Positions 23,058 to 33,868 are shown, numbered from the stretch's first letter. The stretch: 33,868 nucleotides of DNA from Chiloscyllium plagiosum (GCF_004010195.1 NC_057719.1:66846854-66880721), one strand, 5' to 3'. Notes: generated by a model from the sequence alone, not told the origin. Program-made: numbers and translations.

Positions 23058-23141
23058 TGTAGGCACCTGGATTCGAACCTCCGCGGAGAAACCCCAATAA
23101 AGTACATACGTTCATCACCCTAACCAGTCAACCATGACTAC
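23058..23141 (-). pseudogene. tRNA-Ser pseudogene
   Basis: Minus strand GTAGTCATGGTTGACTGGTTAGGGTGATGAACGTATGTACTTTATTGGGGTTTCTCCGCGGAGGTTCGAATCCAGGTGCCTACA aligns end to end with vertebrate tRNA-Ser (GTAGTCGTGGCCGAGTGGTTAAGGCG...TGGGGTTTCCCCGCGCAGGTTCGAATCCTGCCGACTACG). Anticodon loop is 9 nt and unreadable, T-stem is mispaired, TTTT follows. Confidence 0.85.
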
Positions 23142-23882
23142 AGGTCCCATATATGTCATTCATGAGTTCTTTGCAGTGTTGATTGCCATTTTCTTTTTGC
23201 ACCAATAACTGAGCATGAAGCCAGTACATCTAAACTTTTCCTCGATAAGTACATAAAGGGGATTTGTCCACCCCATGAATATTGTTGTCTTGCTATTAGG
23301 AAAATAAAGTGCATTGTTTTTCCTATGCAATGTAAATGAGTTTCTGTCTTTATGAAAGTTAAACATTTAACCATTTTTATTGTTTGCAGAAGAGTAATAT
23401 TCTACAGATACCACTTTTAACTTGACAGTCACATTTAGGTGAGCTAATAATTTAATATAAATTATGTCATCAGGATGATAAGGATGGTGCTCATTTAAAT
23501 TGCATTTGTGGCATTTTAAACTGGAGCCAAGAAATTGAATGACATATTAATTCATTTATTGAGTGTGTGTTTTAGTATATTTCAAGTTAAAAATTACTGG
23601 GAGTTAGACTGAGCTTTGACGCACTTGTGTCTTTCAAGACCACCTAATCTGAAAAAATGGTGTGCATGCACAAATCTTAATGTCATGACAGTGTAATTAT
23701 AATATTGAATATATTTTGTAAAGAAGGATAATCTGACTTTTAAACATTGAACACAAAATTGTACAACAAGGCCCCCAGAAGTTGCATGACTACTCTTATT
23801 GATTCACAGTCAGCTACAACAAACAAATGTTGAGTTATCTCAGCATCAATGATAAAGAGAGACATTCATCCTTAGAGAACAC

Positions 23883-24726
23883 GATGTGGAAGTGCTGGTG
23901 TTGGATTGGGACGGACAAAGTTAAAATTCACACAACACCAGGTTATAGTCCAATAGGTTTATTTGAAAGTACAAGCTTTCAGAGCATTGTTCCTTTGTCA
24001 GATAGCTAGTGGGGCAGGATCATAGGACACAGAATTTATAGTAAGAGATCAAAGTATCATACAATTGATGCGATATTGAACAAACCTAATTTGCTGCTAA
24101 GTCTGTAATCACTCAGAATGGGTATGCAGGTGTTGATTGATTAATATGTAAATATCAGAACTTCTTTCAAGCCACAGTCCCAAGATAACTTAAGGTTTTA
24201 TCAGTATTTAAAAAAAGGTAACATTTCAGCTCAAGCAATGCACTGAAGGTGTAAAGTTAGTGTCTGTCTGTAGCCCAACTTTGAATTAATTACACAGTCT
24301 GTGGGCAGTCAGTCCATTTGACATTTTATAAATTCCTACTTTGGAAATTGAACCAGTCTCACTCAAGGTTGGGATACAGACTCTAATCTCACACTTTTAA
24401 TGCATTATCCAAGCTAAGACGTCACCTTTTTTTTATACTGTTAAAACCTTAAGTTATCTTGGGACTGTGACTTGAAAGAAGTTCTGGGATTTACATATTA
24501 ATCAATCGAAACTTGCATCCCTATTCTAAGTGATTAAAGACTTAACAACAATTTAGGTTTGTTCAATACATTGCATCTGGTGTGTGACATTTCGATCTTT
24601 TTCTATAAATTCTGTGTCCTATGATCCTGCCCAATGAGTTACCTGATGAAAGAGCAGTGCTCCAAAAGCTTGTACTTGCAAATAAACGCATCGGACTATA
24701 ACATGGTGTTGTGAGACGTTTTACTT
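23883..24726. mobile_element. Penelope-derived fold-back element with ~365-bp inverted arms (23918-24284 / 24363-24726)
   Basis: Arms are reverse complements over their full length (e.g. gcaggatcataggacacagaatttatag / ctataaattctgtgtcctatgatcctgc); TSD-like gagaac at 23875-23880 and 24728-24733. Confidence 0.9.
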
Positions 24727-26250
24727 GGAGAACTCAATAGATCACTCTAAAGGTGTGAGAATTCAAGGCTTCTCAGAAAACAGAAGACTGGAATCACACC
24801 ACAGAGAATTCCAATATAATTTACTTTGTTTTTTAGAAGTTAAGTTGCATTAAATCAAAGTTAGGTTGCATTTGCTGACAAAAGTGCATGCCATTTTAAA
24901 TTGCACCTGCGCACATACAAATGCCTTCGGAGTTGGGGCAGAACATGCTCTGCATGCTTGTGGGAGACCAGGACTTGGGAAGGGGGGAAGGTGTTGGGAC
25001 CCAGAAGAGAACCAGAGGAAAGGGAGTGGCTGGAATGGGTGAAGCAAGAGCCTTCCGGCTCTTGGTTCATCCTTATCTCATCATCACCAGGCCTGTCTGT
25101 TCTCTCTCTTCCTTCCCTCACATCCAAATCCCATTTCAATGTTGCACCTGTTCTGTGCATACACATTTTCAAGAGTGCAGGCTTGTGCAGTTGCCTTGCA
25201 ATTCTGATGTCAGCAGCCATTGCCACCAACTTAACACAGCTGCCATTTTACTTCCACTGTGACAAGCAAGACTGTGTGACACCATTTTGTCAGAATACCA
25301 TGATGGATTCTGAGAGATAGAATGAAAGAAGTTCTCAAAAGAAATTCAAGGAGAAAGTCTTTCACAAATAAACCACAGTGTTGTTGAAGAAATCCAGGCA
25401 ATCTGCAAATATCATAACTGCGGAACAAGTGAGGAACAAGAAACTTTCTCTCTCTCAAAGGCCGTTCACCTACTGAGTCCAAGGGTACTAACAACCTCCA
25501 ACTATTTAAGCACAGAAGACATCGCAGGTGCTGAATTCTGACATCAAGTTTCCAACACTTTCACTTTGGAAAGAGAATTTGCAAGTAACTAAAAGGCCTG
25601 CAATGACAACAGACTGATCGTACTTCAATCGTCTTAGGAATCTTTTGTTCATACCTACCTTTAAACTTTGTATCTGTTCTTTAGCCAATTACTATCACTT
25701 TTTTTTTAACGAAGTAACTTTCAGCAATAGTTGTGTAATGAGCAAAACTTTATCTTGTTCAAGACACTTTCTTATTGGTTGTTTTTAAATCATAACATTT
25801 GAAACACTAAAAGTAGGATTAAATGAGCTAAACAAAGCTCACAGATTTCTCTGCAGACATATCTGGAATGGTTATGGCAACAATGAAGAAAAATAAGAGG
25901 GATCATTGATAATTAAATATGTACATGCCCATCTAATGAATGCATGCAGAACTGTAATATTAGAATATCAATCAGAAACATAGGTCTGATAGTTGTAGTT
26001 TTAAAACTGTACATGGTAGTCAACACCTTGTCTTAACCTTGTATCTCTGAATACAATGTTAACTCGATTGAAAGTTTCCCACCACCTACTGACTACTTGG
26101 CTTATTCTGGCTGTTCAAGCAATAATAACTGTCGCTAGAGGTTTCTGTACTTAGCTTAAATTTGTCTAGTCTGCAGTGACTGGTCTGGCAGCTGCCGCAG
26201 ATCGTATTTATTCAGTTAAAATTCTCCGTTGAAATAAGTTGCATCCAGGC

Positions 26251-26630
26251 ATGGGTGTCCTGCTCGGGCTTCATTTTAAAATTGAGTAGATTAAGTGAAT
26301 ATAGAGAGGTCTAATGGAGCAGGGGGAAAAGTAAGTGAACAAGCATCTGCTAGGGCAATTATCTTACTTAAATTTCCATGAGGACCAATCCATGAGATAT
26401 CTTTGCTTCATAGAAGAGGTTGTGACTGAAATTTGTCACTTTCCTCATTCACAACTGCAACACCAAAGCAGGGTAAAGATAATATTGCCTGGACTTCTGA
26501 AGGTGGCTGTAGCTGTTCCATGCATTTGGCTTCTTCAAACTGCAGTTGCTGATATAGGCATAATTTCTAGTAAGCATTGCACAAGGTCAATCACCAATGC
26601 TATCTGTATAGAGAGAAATGGATTGTCACA
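26251..26630 (+). mobile_element. Decayed PIF/Harbinger transposase (HARBI1-like) N-terminal fragment
   Basis: ORF 26335-26637 SYLNFHEDQSMRYLCFIEEVVTEICH...LPGLLKVAVA, then with a frameshift FHAFGFF-QTAVADIGIIS...ITNA; matches the pattern RLRF..E....LP...KV..AL.FYASGSFQ...GD...IS. Confidence 0.7.
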
Positions 26631-26889
26631 AACATAAAGTTTGCAATGTTATGTTTTCAGTCTGCCTCATTAAGATAATATGGAATGGTGGTGGGGCCAT
26701 ATGACCTGCTCCAAATTCTGGCTGATGCAAGTCTGAGTAATATGAATGTCAAGAGGACAAAAAGAGCTCAGGGCTGACTTGTCGAAAGATGTCACAAGGT
26801 GTTCATACCTGTAGATAATGATAAGAGTTATGGTACTGATTGTGGGTTGACATTTACTTTACATGTCCTCACAGGGAGGTGTGAGGAAT

Positions 26890-28403
26890 GTTTGATTTGA
26901 TTTATTGTAGTCACATGTACCTAAGTACAGTGAAAAGCTTTCTTTTGCAAGCAGCACAGGCAGATCATAGCAAGCAGGGACATACAGATCATAGGGTGCT
27001 TAGACAGAGCGAGGTATACAGGTTACACTGCACAGGAGGTGTACAAAGCCAGATCAACATTATTTGAAGTTAGAGAGGTCCATTTAGCAGTCTAATAACA
27101 GCAGGAAGAAACTGTTTGTGAACTTGTTGGTGAGTGTGTTCAAGCTTCTGTATCTTCAGCCTGATGGAAGAGGTTGGAAGAGAGTATTACTGGGGTGGGA
27201 GGAGTCTTTAATGACGTTGGCAGCCTTTCTGTGGCATTGAGAAGTGTACGTGTAGTCCATGGATGAGAGGTTGGCTTCCGTGATTGCTTAGGCTGTGCAC
27301 ACAACTTTCTGTATGTTCTTATGGTCCTGGGCAGAACAGTTGCTGTGCCAGGCTGTTTTTCACCTGGATAGTATGCTTTCTACAGTGTATCTGTAAAACT
27401 TGGTGAGAGTTCTTACAGACATGCCAAATTCCCTAAGCCATCTGAGGAAGAAGAGGCATTGTTGTGCTTCTTGACTATTGCACCTACATGGCAAGTCCAA
27501 GGCAGATTGTCAGTTATCATCACTCCTAGGATCTTGACACTCTTGACCCTCTCAACCTCAGCTCAATTGACGTAGATGGGGGTGCATCATCCTCTTTTCT
27601 TCCTAAAGTCACTGATCGGTTCTTTTGTTTTATTGACATTGAGAGAGAGATTGTTATCATTGCACCATGACACCAAGCACTCTATCGCCTTCCTGTATTC
27701 TGACTCATCATTGTTTGATACCCATCCTGTCACAATGGTGTTATCAGCAAATTTGTGGATGGTGTTCATTTGGAATTTGGCTACACAGTCATGTGTGTAC
27801 AGGGAGTACAGTCGAGGGCTGAGAACATATCCTTGTGAGGCGCCAGCATTGAGGATTATTGTGGACGAGGTGCAGTTGTCTATCTTCATTGATTCCAGTC
27901 TGTGGGTCAGGAAGCTGAGGATCCAGTTGCAGAGGGCAGAGCCGAGACCTAGGGCTCAGAGTTTTGAGATTAGTCTGGAAGGGATTGTGGTATTGAAGAC
28001 GGAGCTGTAGTTGATGAGTAGGAGCCTGATGTAGTTGTCCTTGTTATCCAGATGTTTCAGGGATGAGTGTAGGTTTGGGAAAAGGCACCCACTATGGACC
28101 TATTACATTGGTAGGCAAATTGCAGGGTATCAAGGCAGGCTGGGAGGCTAGACTTGATGTAGGCCATGACTAACTTCTTGAAGCACTTCATGATTATGGA
28201 GATCAGAACCATTGGGTGGTAATCATTAAGGCACGTTGTATTTGTTTTCTTTGGTATTGGGATCATAGCGGTCTTCTTGAAGCAGATGGGGACCTCACCA
28301 TGTCATGGGAAAGGTTGAAGATGTCAGTGTATACCTCCATCAGTGGTTCCACACAAGATCTAAGTGCATAGCAAGGGACTCTGTCTGGGCCCATCACTTT
28401 CCA
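26890..28403 (-). mobile_element. Rex1/Babar-type LINE, 5'-truncated RT and 3' UTR
   Basis: IPIPKK...CLNDYHP...IMKCFKKLV...LQFAY; GASQGYVLSPRLYSLYTHDC...KFADNT...LSLNVNKTKE; 3' end acaataaatcaaatcaaa. Confidence 0.9.
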
Positions 28404-29131
28404 ACTTAACAAACAGTTACATTTTAAACTGTCTGTTTAATTCCAAGATAAAATTGAGTTGGAGGTCTGGAAGGTAGCTAATAATTATTTCTACTTTGAT
28501 ACAGAGCCCATGTGATTCACTTTGCCCTGAAGTTAGTTTTTAAGTGGAGAAAGTGAATAGTAAGTCATTGTAGTACCAGGTGGCAAGGTTTCCTCAGATA
28601 TCACTGAATCTCCTCAGTCTGCAGCTACCTGAAAGACAAAGTTCAAGAGATTGAAGTAGCTATTTGAAGCAAAGAAAATGCTGAGCATCTCGGCACAAAA
28701 GCAAAGTATACTCAGGTGAAGAGACAGGGTTTATGAGAATTTAAATGAGGCTGGAAGAGTTGTCTAGTTTGCCTCGAGGGAAGGAATCTCCACTGTAATC
28801 CTCGCAGTGGAAGTCAGTTCACAGATTGGAACAAACCTCACTGGGAAAGTGAAAATTCATCATGAACAAAGAATTATTTTGGACTGGAGGATGACGTCTC
28901 CACTTAATGGCTGACGTCAAATATAATTTTAGTGGGAAATTTTCAGTCATGTTAAATGGGAAATTTCTTTCCAGCTGTTTTGAATGTAAGTTGCCTAATA
29001 TTTAATCAAATGTTGCTTTGAGTTTGTTTCTTATAGTGAAAGTCCTGAAATCTAGAATGTGATCCTTTCAATTAATCACTTGAAATTCAGATATCTTCAT
29101 ATCAGTTTTCAATTTGTTTGGAGATCATAAT
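28404..29131 (+). mobile_element. Possible decayed LTR, interrupted near its start by the Rex1 insertion
   Basis: 3' part ...ctttcaattaatcacttgaaattc...gagatcataata resembles LTR ends (tcataaca); no TSD established. Confidence 0.3.
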
Positions 29132-30880
29132 AAGCTTTACCTCATTCTTTGTTGCCTCAGGGAAGTGTGGATATTGCCAGTAGAATGGCAGCGGTGGGAT
29201 TATGATTTTTTCCATTCTGAAGAAGCAGTGGATTCAAGCACCAAGAAATCACAACCACTTTCCCATTGTGGTATAATCCTAGTCCTCTGTTAGAGAACAG
29301 GTTAATAGTCTGCTATGAAGTTCTGGAAATCCCTGTGAACAGTGTTATCCATAAACAAATTGTAAGGGAGCAATCTGAGCTCTCTGAAGCTGTTTCTGCT
29401 GCTATGGAAACTGATGGATACAGTTATACGTACTGACCATCACATGCAGCATCGTGATGTGTCCCACAATTGAGCTATTATCACTTGATCCACCTCAGAA
29501 CAGATGGACTTCAAGTTCTGTACATATCCCTGTGCTAAATTGGTTCTAGACTGCTATATATACCTTCACAAAGAGCTGGATTTTAAGGATTCCTGCCGAG
29601 AGTCTGTTTGGTGGGAGTCTGAATGTCAATTATAATGGATGGCTAGTGCATCACTTACTCTTGATCTGGTATTAATCTGCCTGCTGTTAGGCTTATTGAG
29701 GTCCATTGCTACTCAATTAAGAGGCAAATAAGTGTCTTGATCAGTATTCCAGTTTAGAAACTGGCAAATGTGATGTTTCTTCATGGGAATACAGGGAAAG
29801 CCAAGGCCATTGCACCACAGGCACTCAGCAATATGCTGAGCAAGAAGAAAAGTGGAACAGCAATACCACTGGGAGATTCTGCAGTCAAGAGCTTAGAGAA
29901 GTATGTGATATCTATGGCATTAAACATTACCCTAGGGAGACGTGTTGCTTCCCTGGTGTCAGGGTCAAGAATGTCACAGAACGACTGAAGGGCATCCGGC
30001 TAGGGGAGGGGGAATCAACCTGTTGTGGTTCACATTGGTACCAACCACATCGATAGCAAGAGGATGAGTCCTGAAGGCAGATTTCACAGAATTAGGAAGG
30101 ATATTAAAATGTAGGATCTTGAAAGCAGTAATCTAAGGATTACTCTTAGATCCAAGTGCTACAGAGCATGAAGACATGCGGATTGATCAATTCAATACAT
30201 GGCTGGAGAACTGCTGTAGCAGGGAGGGTATTGTATTTCTCTGAAGCTGTTTCTGCTGCTATGGAAACTGATAGATACAGTTACATGTACTGACCATCAC
30301 ATGCAGGGAGAGTAGTGTAAGTGGAACATGTACAAGCTGAATGTGTTACGCTTTAATAAGACTGGGACTGATATCCTCACAGGGAGATTTGTGAGTGTAG
30401 TTTAAACAACCCTTTCAGGTGAATGCGAATCTGAGGGGTAATGCAATTTGAAGGAGATAAACTTGGTAAGAGGAAGTTAAAAAGATGCTGGAGATATAAA
30501 CATGAGAAATAAAGTCCAGCATTGAATATGCTTCAGAAATGGTATAATATCAAAAGGACAAAGTTAAGGGCATTCTACCTGAGTGCAATCAGAATTCAGA
30601 GCAAGGTAGATGATCTAAAGGCACACATAGAGATGCATGGGCATGATTTAATTGCCACTTACAGCAACGTAGCCACATGGTGACCAAGACGGGGAACTGA
30701 ATATTCAAGGTTACTTGAAAATCAGGAAGGACAGACAAGAAGGAAAAGGTGGTGGAATTGCACTGATGATAAGAGATGGGATCAGTACTTTAGTACAGGA
30801 GAATCTCACATCAGACACAAGGGACAACAGATATTGGTTAGAGTTATTTATAGGCCATAAAATAGTAGTGCAATGTGGGC

Positions 30881-32030
30881 AGTCATAGAGTCATAGAGAT
30901 GTACACCACGGAAACAGACCCTTTGGTCCCAATCTAATCTAGTTCCATTTGCCACCACTTTGCCAATATCCCTCTAAACCTTTCCTATTCATATACCCAT
31001 CCAGGTGCCTTTTAAATGCTGCAATTGTACTAGCCTCCACTACTTCCTCTGGCAGCTCATTCCATACACGCACAACTCTCTGTTTGAAAAGGTTGCCCTT
31101 TAGATCCCTTATATCTTTCCCCTGTCACCCTAACCCTTTAGCTCAGGACTCCCACAGCCCAGAGAAAAGACTTTGTCAATTTATCCTATCCATGCTCCTC
31201 ATGATTTTATAAACCTCTATAAGGTCATGCCTCAGCCTCTGATGCTCCAGGGAAAACAGCCCCAACCTATTCAGCCTCTCCTTCCAGCTCAAAACCTCCA
31301 ACCCCTGGCAACATCCTTGTAAATCTTTTCTGAACCCTTTCAAGTTTCACAACATCCTTTCTATAGGAAAGAATCGAAAATTGCATGCAATATTCCAGAA
31401 GTACACTAACCAATGTCCTGTACAGCCGCACCATGACCTCCCAACTCCTATACTAAATATTCTGATCAATAAGGGAAAGCATACCAAACACCTTCTTCAC
31501 TATCATAGCTACCTGTGACTCTACTTTCAAGGAACTATGAATCTGCACTCCAAAGATTTTTTGTTCAGCAACACTCTTTAGGACCTAGAGTCTTACATGG
31601 ATTCATGCAGTCTTTGAGCAAAGTACAATGTAACTTGTACAAATTCACCCCACAAATGTATATGTATATGTGTGCATGTGGGTTTTTGTGTGTGTGTGTG
31701 AGTGACTATGTCTGTCTGGGTTGGGGGGTTGTGAGTGTGAGAGAGAGTGTGCATGTGTGTGTATGTGAGTGTAGAGTGTCTTAAGTCTGTAAGAGGGTGC
31801 ATGTGTGAGTGTGGGAGTGTGTGTGTCTGTAGGAGTGTGTGTGCGTGTCTGTATATACGTGTGAATGTGTGTGTGTATGTGTGTATAGTGCAATGGTGGT
31901 CACCCGTAGTGTGACATGAACCCAAGGTCCCGGTGTCATCTGCAAACTTACTAACTATACCTCTGATGTTCACATTCCAAATCATTTATATAAATGACGA
32001 AAAATAATGGACCCAGCACCAATCCTTGTG
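30881..32030 (-). mobile_element. Young CR1 (HER1-like) 3' fragment with an internal replacement
   Basis: (gagtcata)n tail at 30881; SKFADDT at 31932-31955; collinear with 13760-14761 except at 31587-31933. Confidence 0.92.
31587..31933 (-). mobile_element. Penelope-like fragment (ORF end RDLGFMSHY plus CA-rich 3' UTR)
   Basis: Reverse complement ccgggaccttgggttcatgtcacactac; imperfect (TG)n tract at 31660-31886. Confidence 0.75.
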
Positions 32031-32190
32031 TGTTCCTCTCATTTTTTTACTTCTGCACAAAGCTCCGAGGTCTGTGCGTGGAAGCAATTTTGGACTCAGG
32101 AATCAATGCTCCAATTGGCATTGGCACGCGAATCACCATGCACAGAATGTTGAAGTGGCAGCATGCATGCACAGCTTAGAGGGAACTTTG
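32029..32190. mobile_element. MITE, same family as 15263-15410
   Basis: Left tgttcctctc, right agcttagagggaactttg; internal atcaatgctccaattggc. Confidence 0.65.
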
Positions 32191-33023
32191 GCGTGGGGCA
32201 TGATATACATTAGGTGATGAAGAATGCAGGCAGTATGGGCAAAACAGTTTTCATGGGTGACTTCAATCTGTATATAGACTGGGTAAATCAATTTAGACTA
32301 AAACTGTGGAGGACAGGTATCTGGCGTGTGTTAGGGATGGTTTTCTAGAGCAGTATGTTGAGGAACCAATGTGCTATTTTAGATCTAGTGTTATGGAATA
32401 ATAAAGGGCTAGTTAATAATCTGTAAAAGATTATTTTGGGATGAGTGACCACAATATGATAGAATTTTATGTTATGTTGGGGAGAACAAATGTGTTAAAT
32501 TTGAATGAGGGAAATTATGAGGACCTGAGGCACAAATTGGCTGAAGTGGACTGGGAAAACATATTGGAAAGCATGGCTATAAATACGCAATGGATAGTCT
32601 TTACAGAACTGTTACGTGACATATAGCAAATACACATTGCTTCAAGATTCTTTCAAAATTCAGAAAAGTTCAGTAAACCATAGCAAACAAAAATGAAGTC
32701 CAGGATTGTATAGTGTTAAAGAAAAGGCCTACAAGGTTGCCAGAAATGGCAGTCAATCTGAGGATTGGGAAGTCTTTAGAATACAGCAAAGGAGGACAAA
32801 GACACTGATAATTGAAAAGGAGAATAGAATATGAATGTAATCAAGCAAAACATGATAAAAACGGACTGTAAAAGCTGCTCTCAGTACAATAGTATATGGA
32901 AATGCAGCTTCAGGATGATCTGGACAAGCATAATGACTAGATATGAGCATGGCAGCGACAATACACAGTGGACAAATGTGAGGTTCTCCACTTTGGGAGG
33001 AGAAGCATACGTGCAGTGTATTT

Positions 33024-33868
33024 AGAGTCATACAGATGTACAGCATGGAAACCGACCCTTCGGTCCAACCCGTCCATGTCGACCAGATATCCCAACCCAG
33101 TCTAGTCCCACCTGCCATCACCTGGCCCATATCCCTCCAAACCCTTCCTATTCATATACCCATCCAAAAGCCTTTTAAATGTTGCAATTGTACTAGCCTC
33201 CACCACTTCCTCTGGCAGCTCATTCCATATACGTACCATCCTCTGTGTGAAAATATTGTCCCTTAGGTCTCTTTTAGATCTTTCCCCTCTCACCCTAAAC
33301 CTATGCCCTCTAGTTCTGGACTATGCCCTCTAGTTCTGGACTCCCCGACCCCAGGGAAAAGACTTTGTCTATTTATCCCATCCGTATCCCTCATGATTTT
33401 GTAAACCTCTATAAGGTCACCCCTCAGCCTCCAACGCTCCAGGGAAAACAGCCCCAGCCTGTTCAGCCTCTCCCTTCAGCTCAAGTCCTCCAACCCTGGC
33501 AACATCCTTGGAAATCTTTTCTGAACCCTTTCAAGCTTCACAACATCTTTCCGATAGGAAGGAGACCAGAATAGCACACAATATTCCAACAGTGGCCTAA
33601 CCAATGTCCTGTACAGCCGCAACATGACCTCCCAACTCCTGTACTCAATACTCTGACCAATAAAAGAAAGCATACCCAACGCCTTCTTCATTATCCTATC
33701 TACCTGCGACTCCACTTTCAAGGAGCTATGAACCTGCACTCCAAGGTCTCTTTGTTCAGCAACAGTCCCTAGGACCTTACCATTAAGTGTATAAGTCCTG
33801 CTAAGATTTGCTTTCCCAAAATGCAACACCTCGCATTTATCTGAATTAAACTCCATCTGCCACTTCTC
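33024..33868 (-). mobile_element. Young CR1 (HER1-like) 3' portion, continues beyond window end
   Basis: ORF 33476-33856 MEFNSDKCEVLHFGK...LEYCVLFWSP; perfect 20-bp tandem duplication at 33301-33340. Confidence 0.95.

Larger units (their letters stand above)
29700..33023 (+). mobile_element. Old CR1 LINE (ORF1 esterase ~29850-30410; endonuclease 30560-30880 and 32191-32890; RT scrap 32900-33023) with nested insertions
   Basis: GDS motif (AIPLGDSAVK), VVHIGTN, GGGIALMI, MGDFN, SDHNMIEF; large internal deletion before QDDLDK. Confidence 0.85.

Noticed and set aside
23389..23437. Plus-strand exon-like segment (tttgcag|...TTAG|gtgagc)
   Set aside because: Stops in all three frames.
24850..25494. 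Cluster of overlapping 65-139-aa ORFs on both strands
   Set aside because: No recognisable domain or splice structure; locally higher GC explains the open frames; probably decayed repeat.
25258..25797. Possible solo LTR (tgtgac...tcataaca)
   Set aside because: No matching TSD and no second copy.
31593..31985. His/Thr-rich ORFs
   Set aside because: Translation of the (CA)n-rich tract fused to CR1 sequence.
1..33868. CRISPR arrays, rRNA, operons or other prokaryotic systems
   Set aside because: No repeat-spacer arrays or dense coding; the sequence is vertebrate intronic or intergenic DNA.

Overview
Eukaryotic genomic DNA, AT-rich and dominated by repeats. The repeat repertoire (HE1-type V-SINEs, HER1/CR1 LINEs sharing their 3' tail, a Deu-type SINE, Penelope-like elements, Tx1, Rex1/Babar and Harbinger remnants) points to an elasmobranch (shark) genome; this is an inference. 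Almost all ORFs in the supplied track are transposon fragments or chance ORFs. Between the repeats I find a chain of six short minus-strand GT-AG exons (19085 down to 7386) with mutually compatible phases. They splice into a 391-nt stop-free frame that the ORF track does not show as a unit, so much of the window is probably the introns of an unidentified protein-coding gene. By eye the peptide has a twilight-zone resemblance to the C9orf72/DENN core, which is unverified. Other notable structure: three Penelope-derived fold-back elements, two of them carrying minimal hammerhead-ribozyme cores in both arms; a tRNA-Ser pseudogene directly upstream of an HE1 SINE; two young CR1 insertions that both abut the left end of the same MITE family; all six young CR1 copies on one strand; and several templated local duplications. 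Family names come from remembered consensus features, not database searches.
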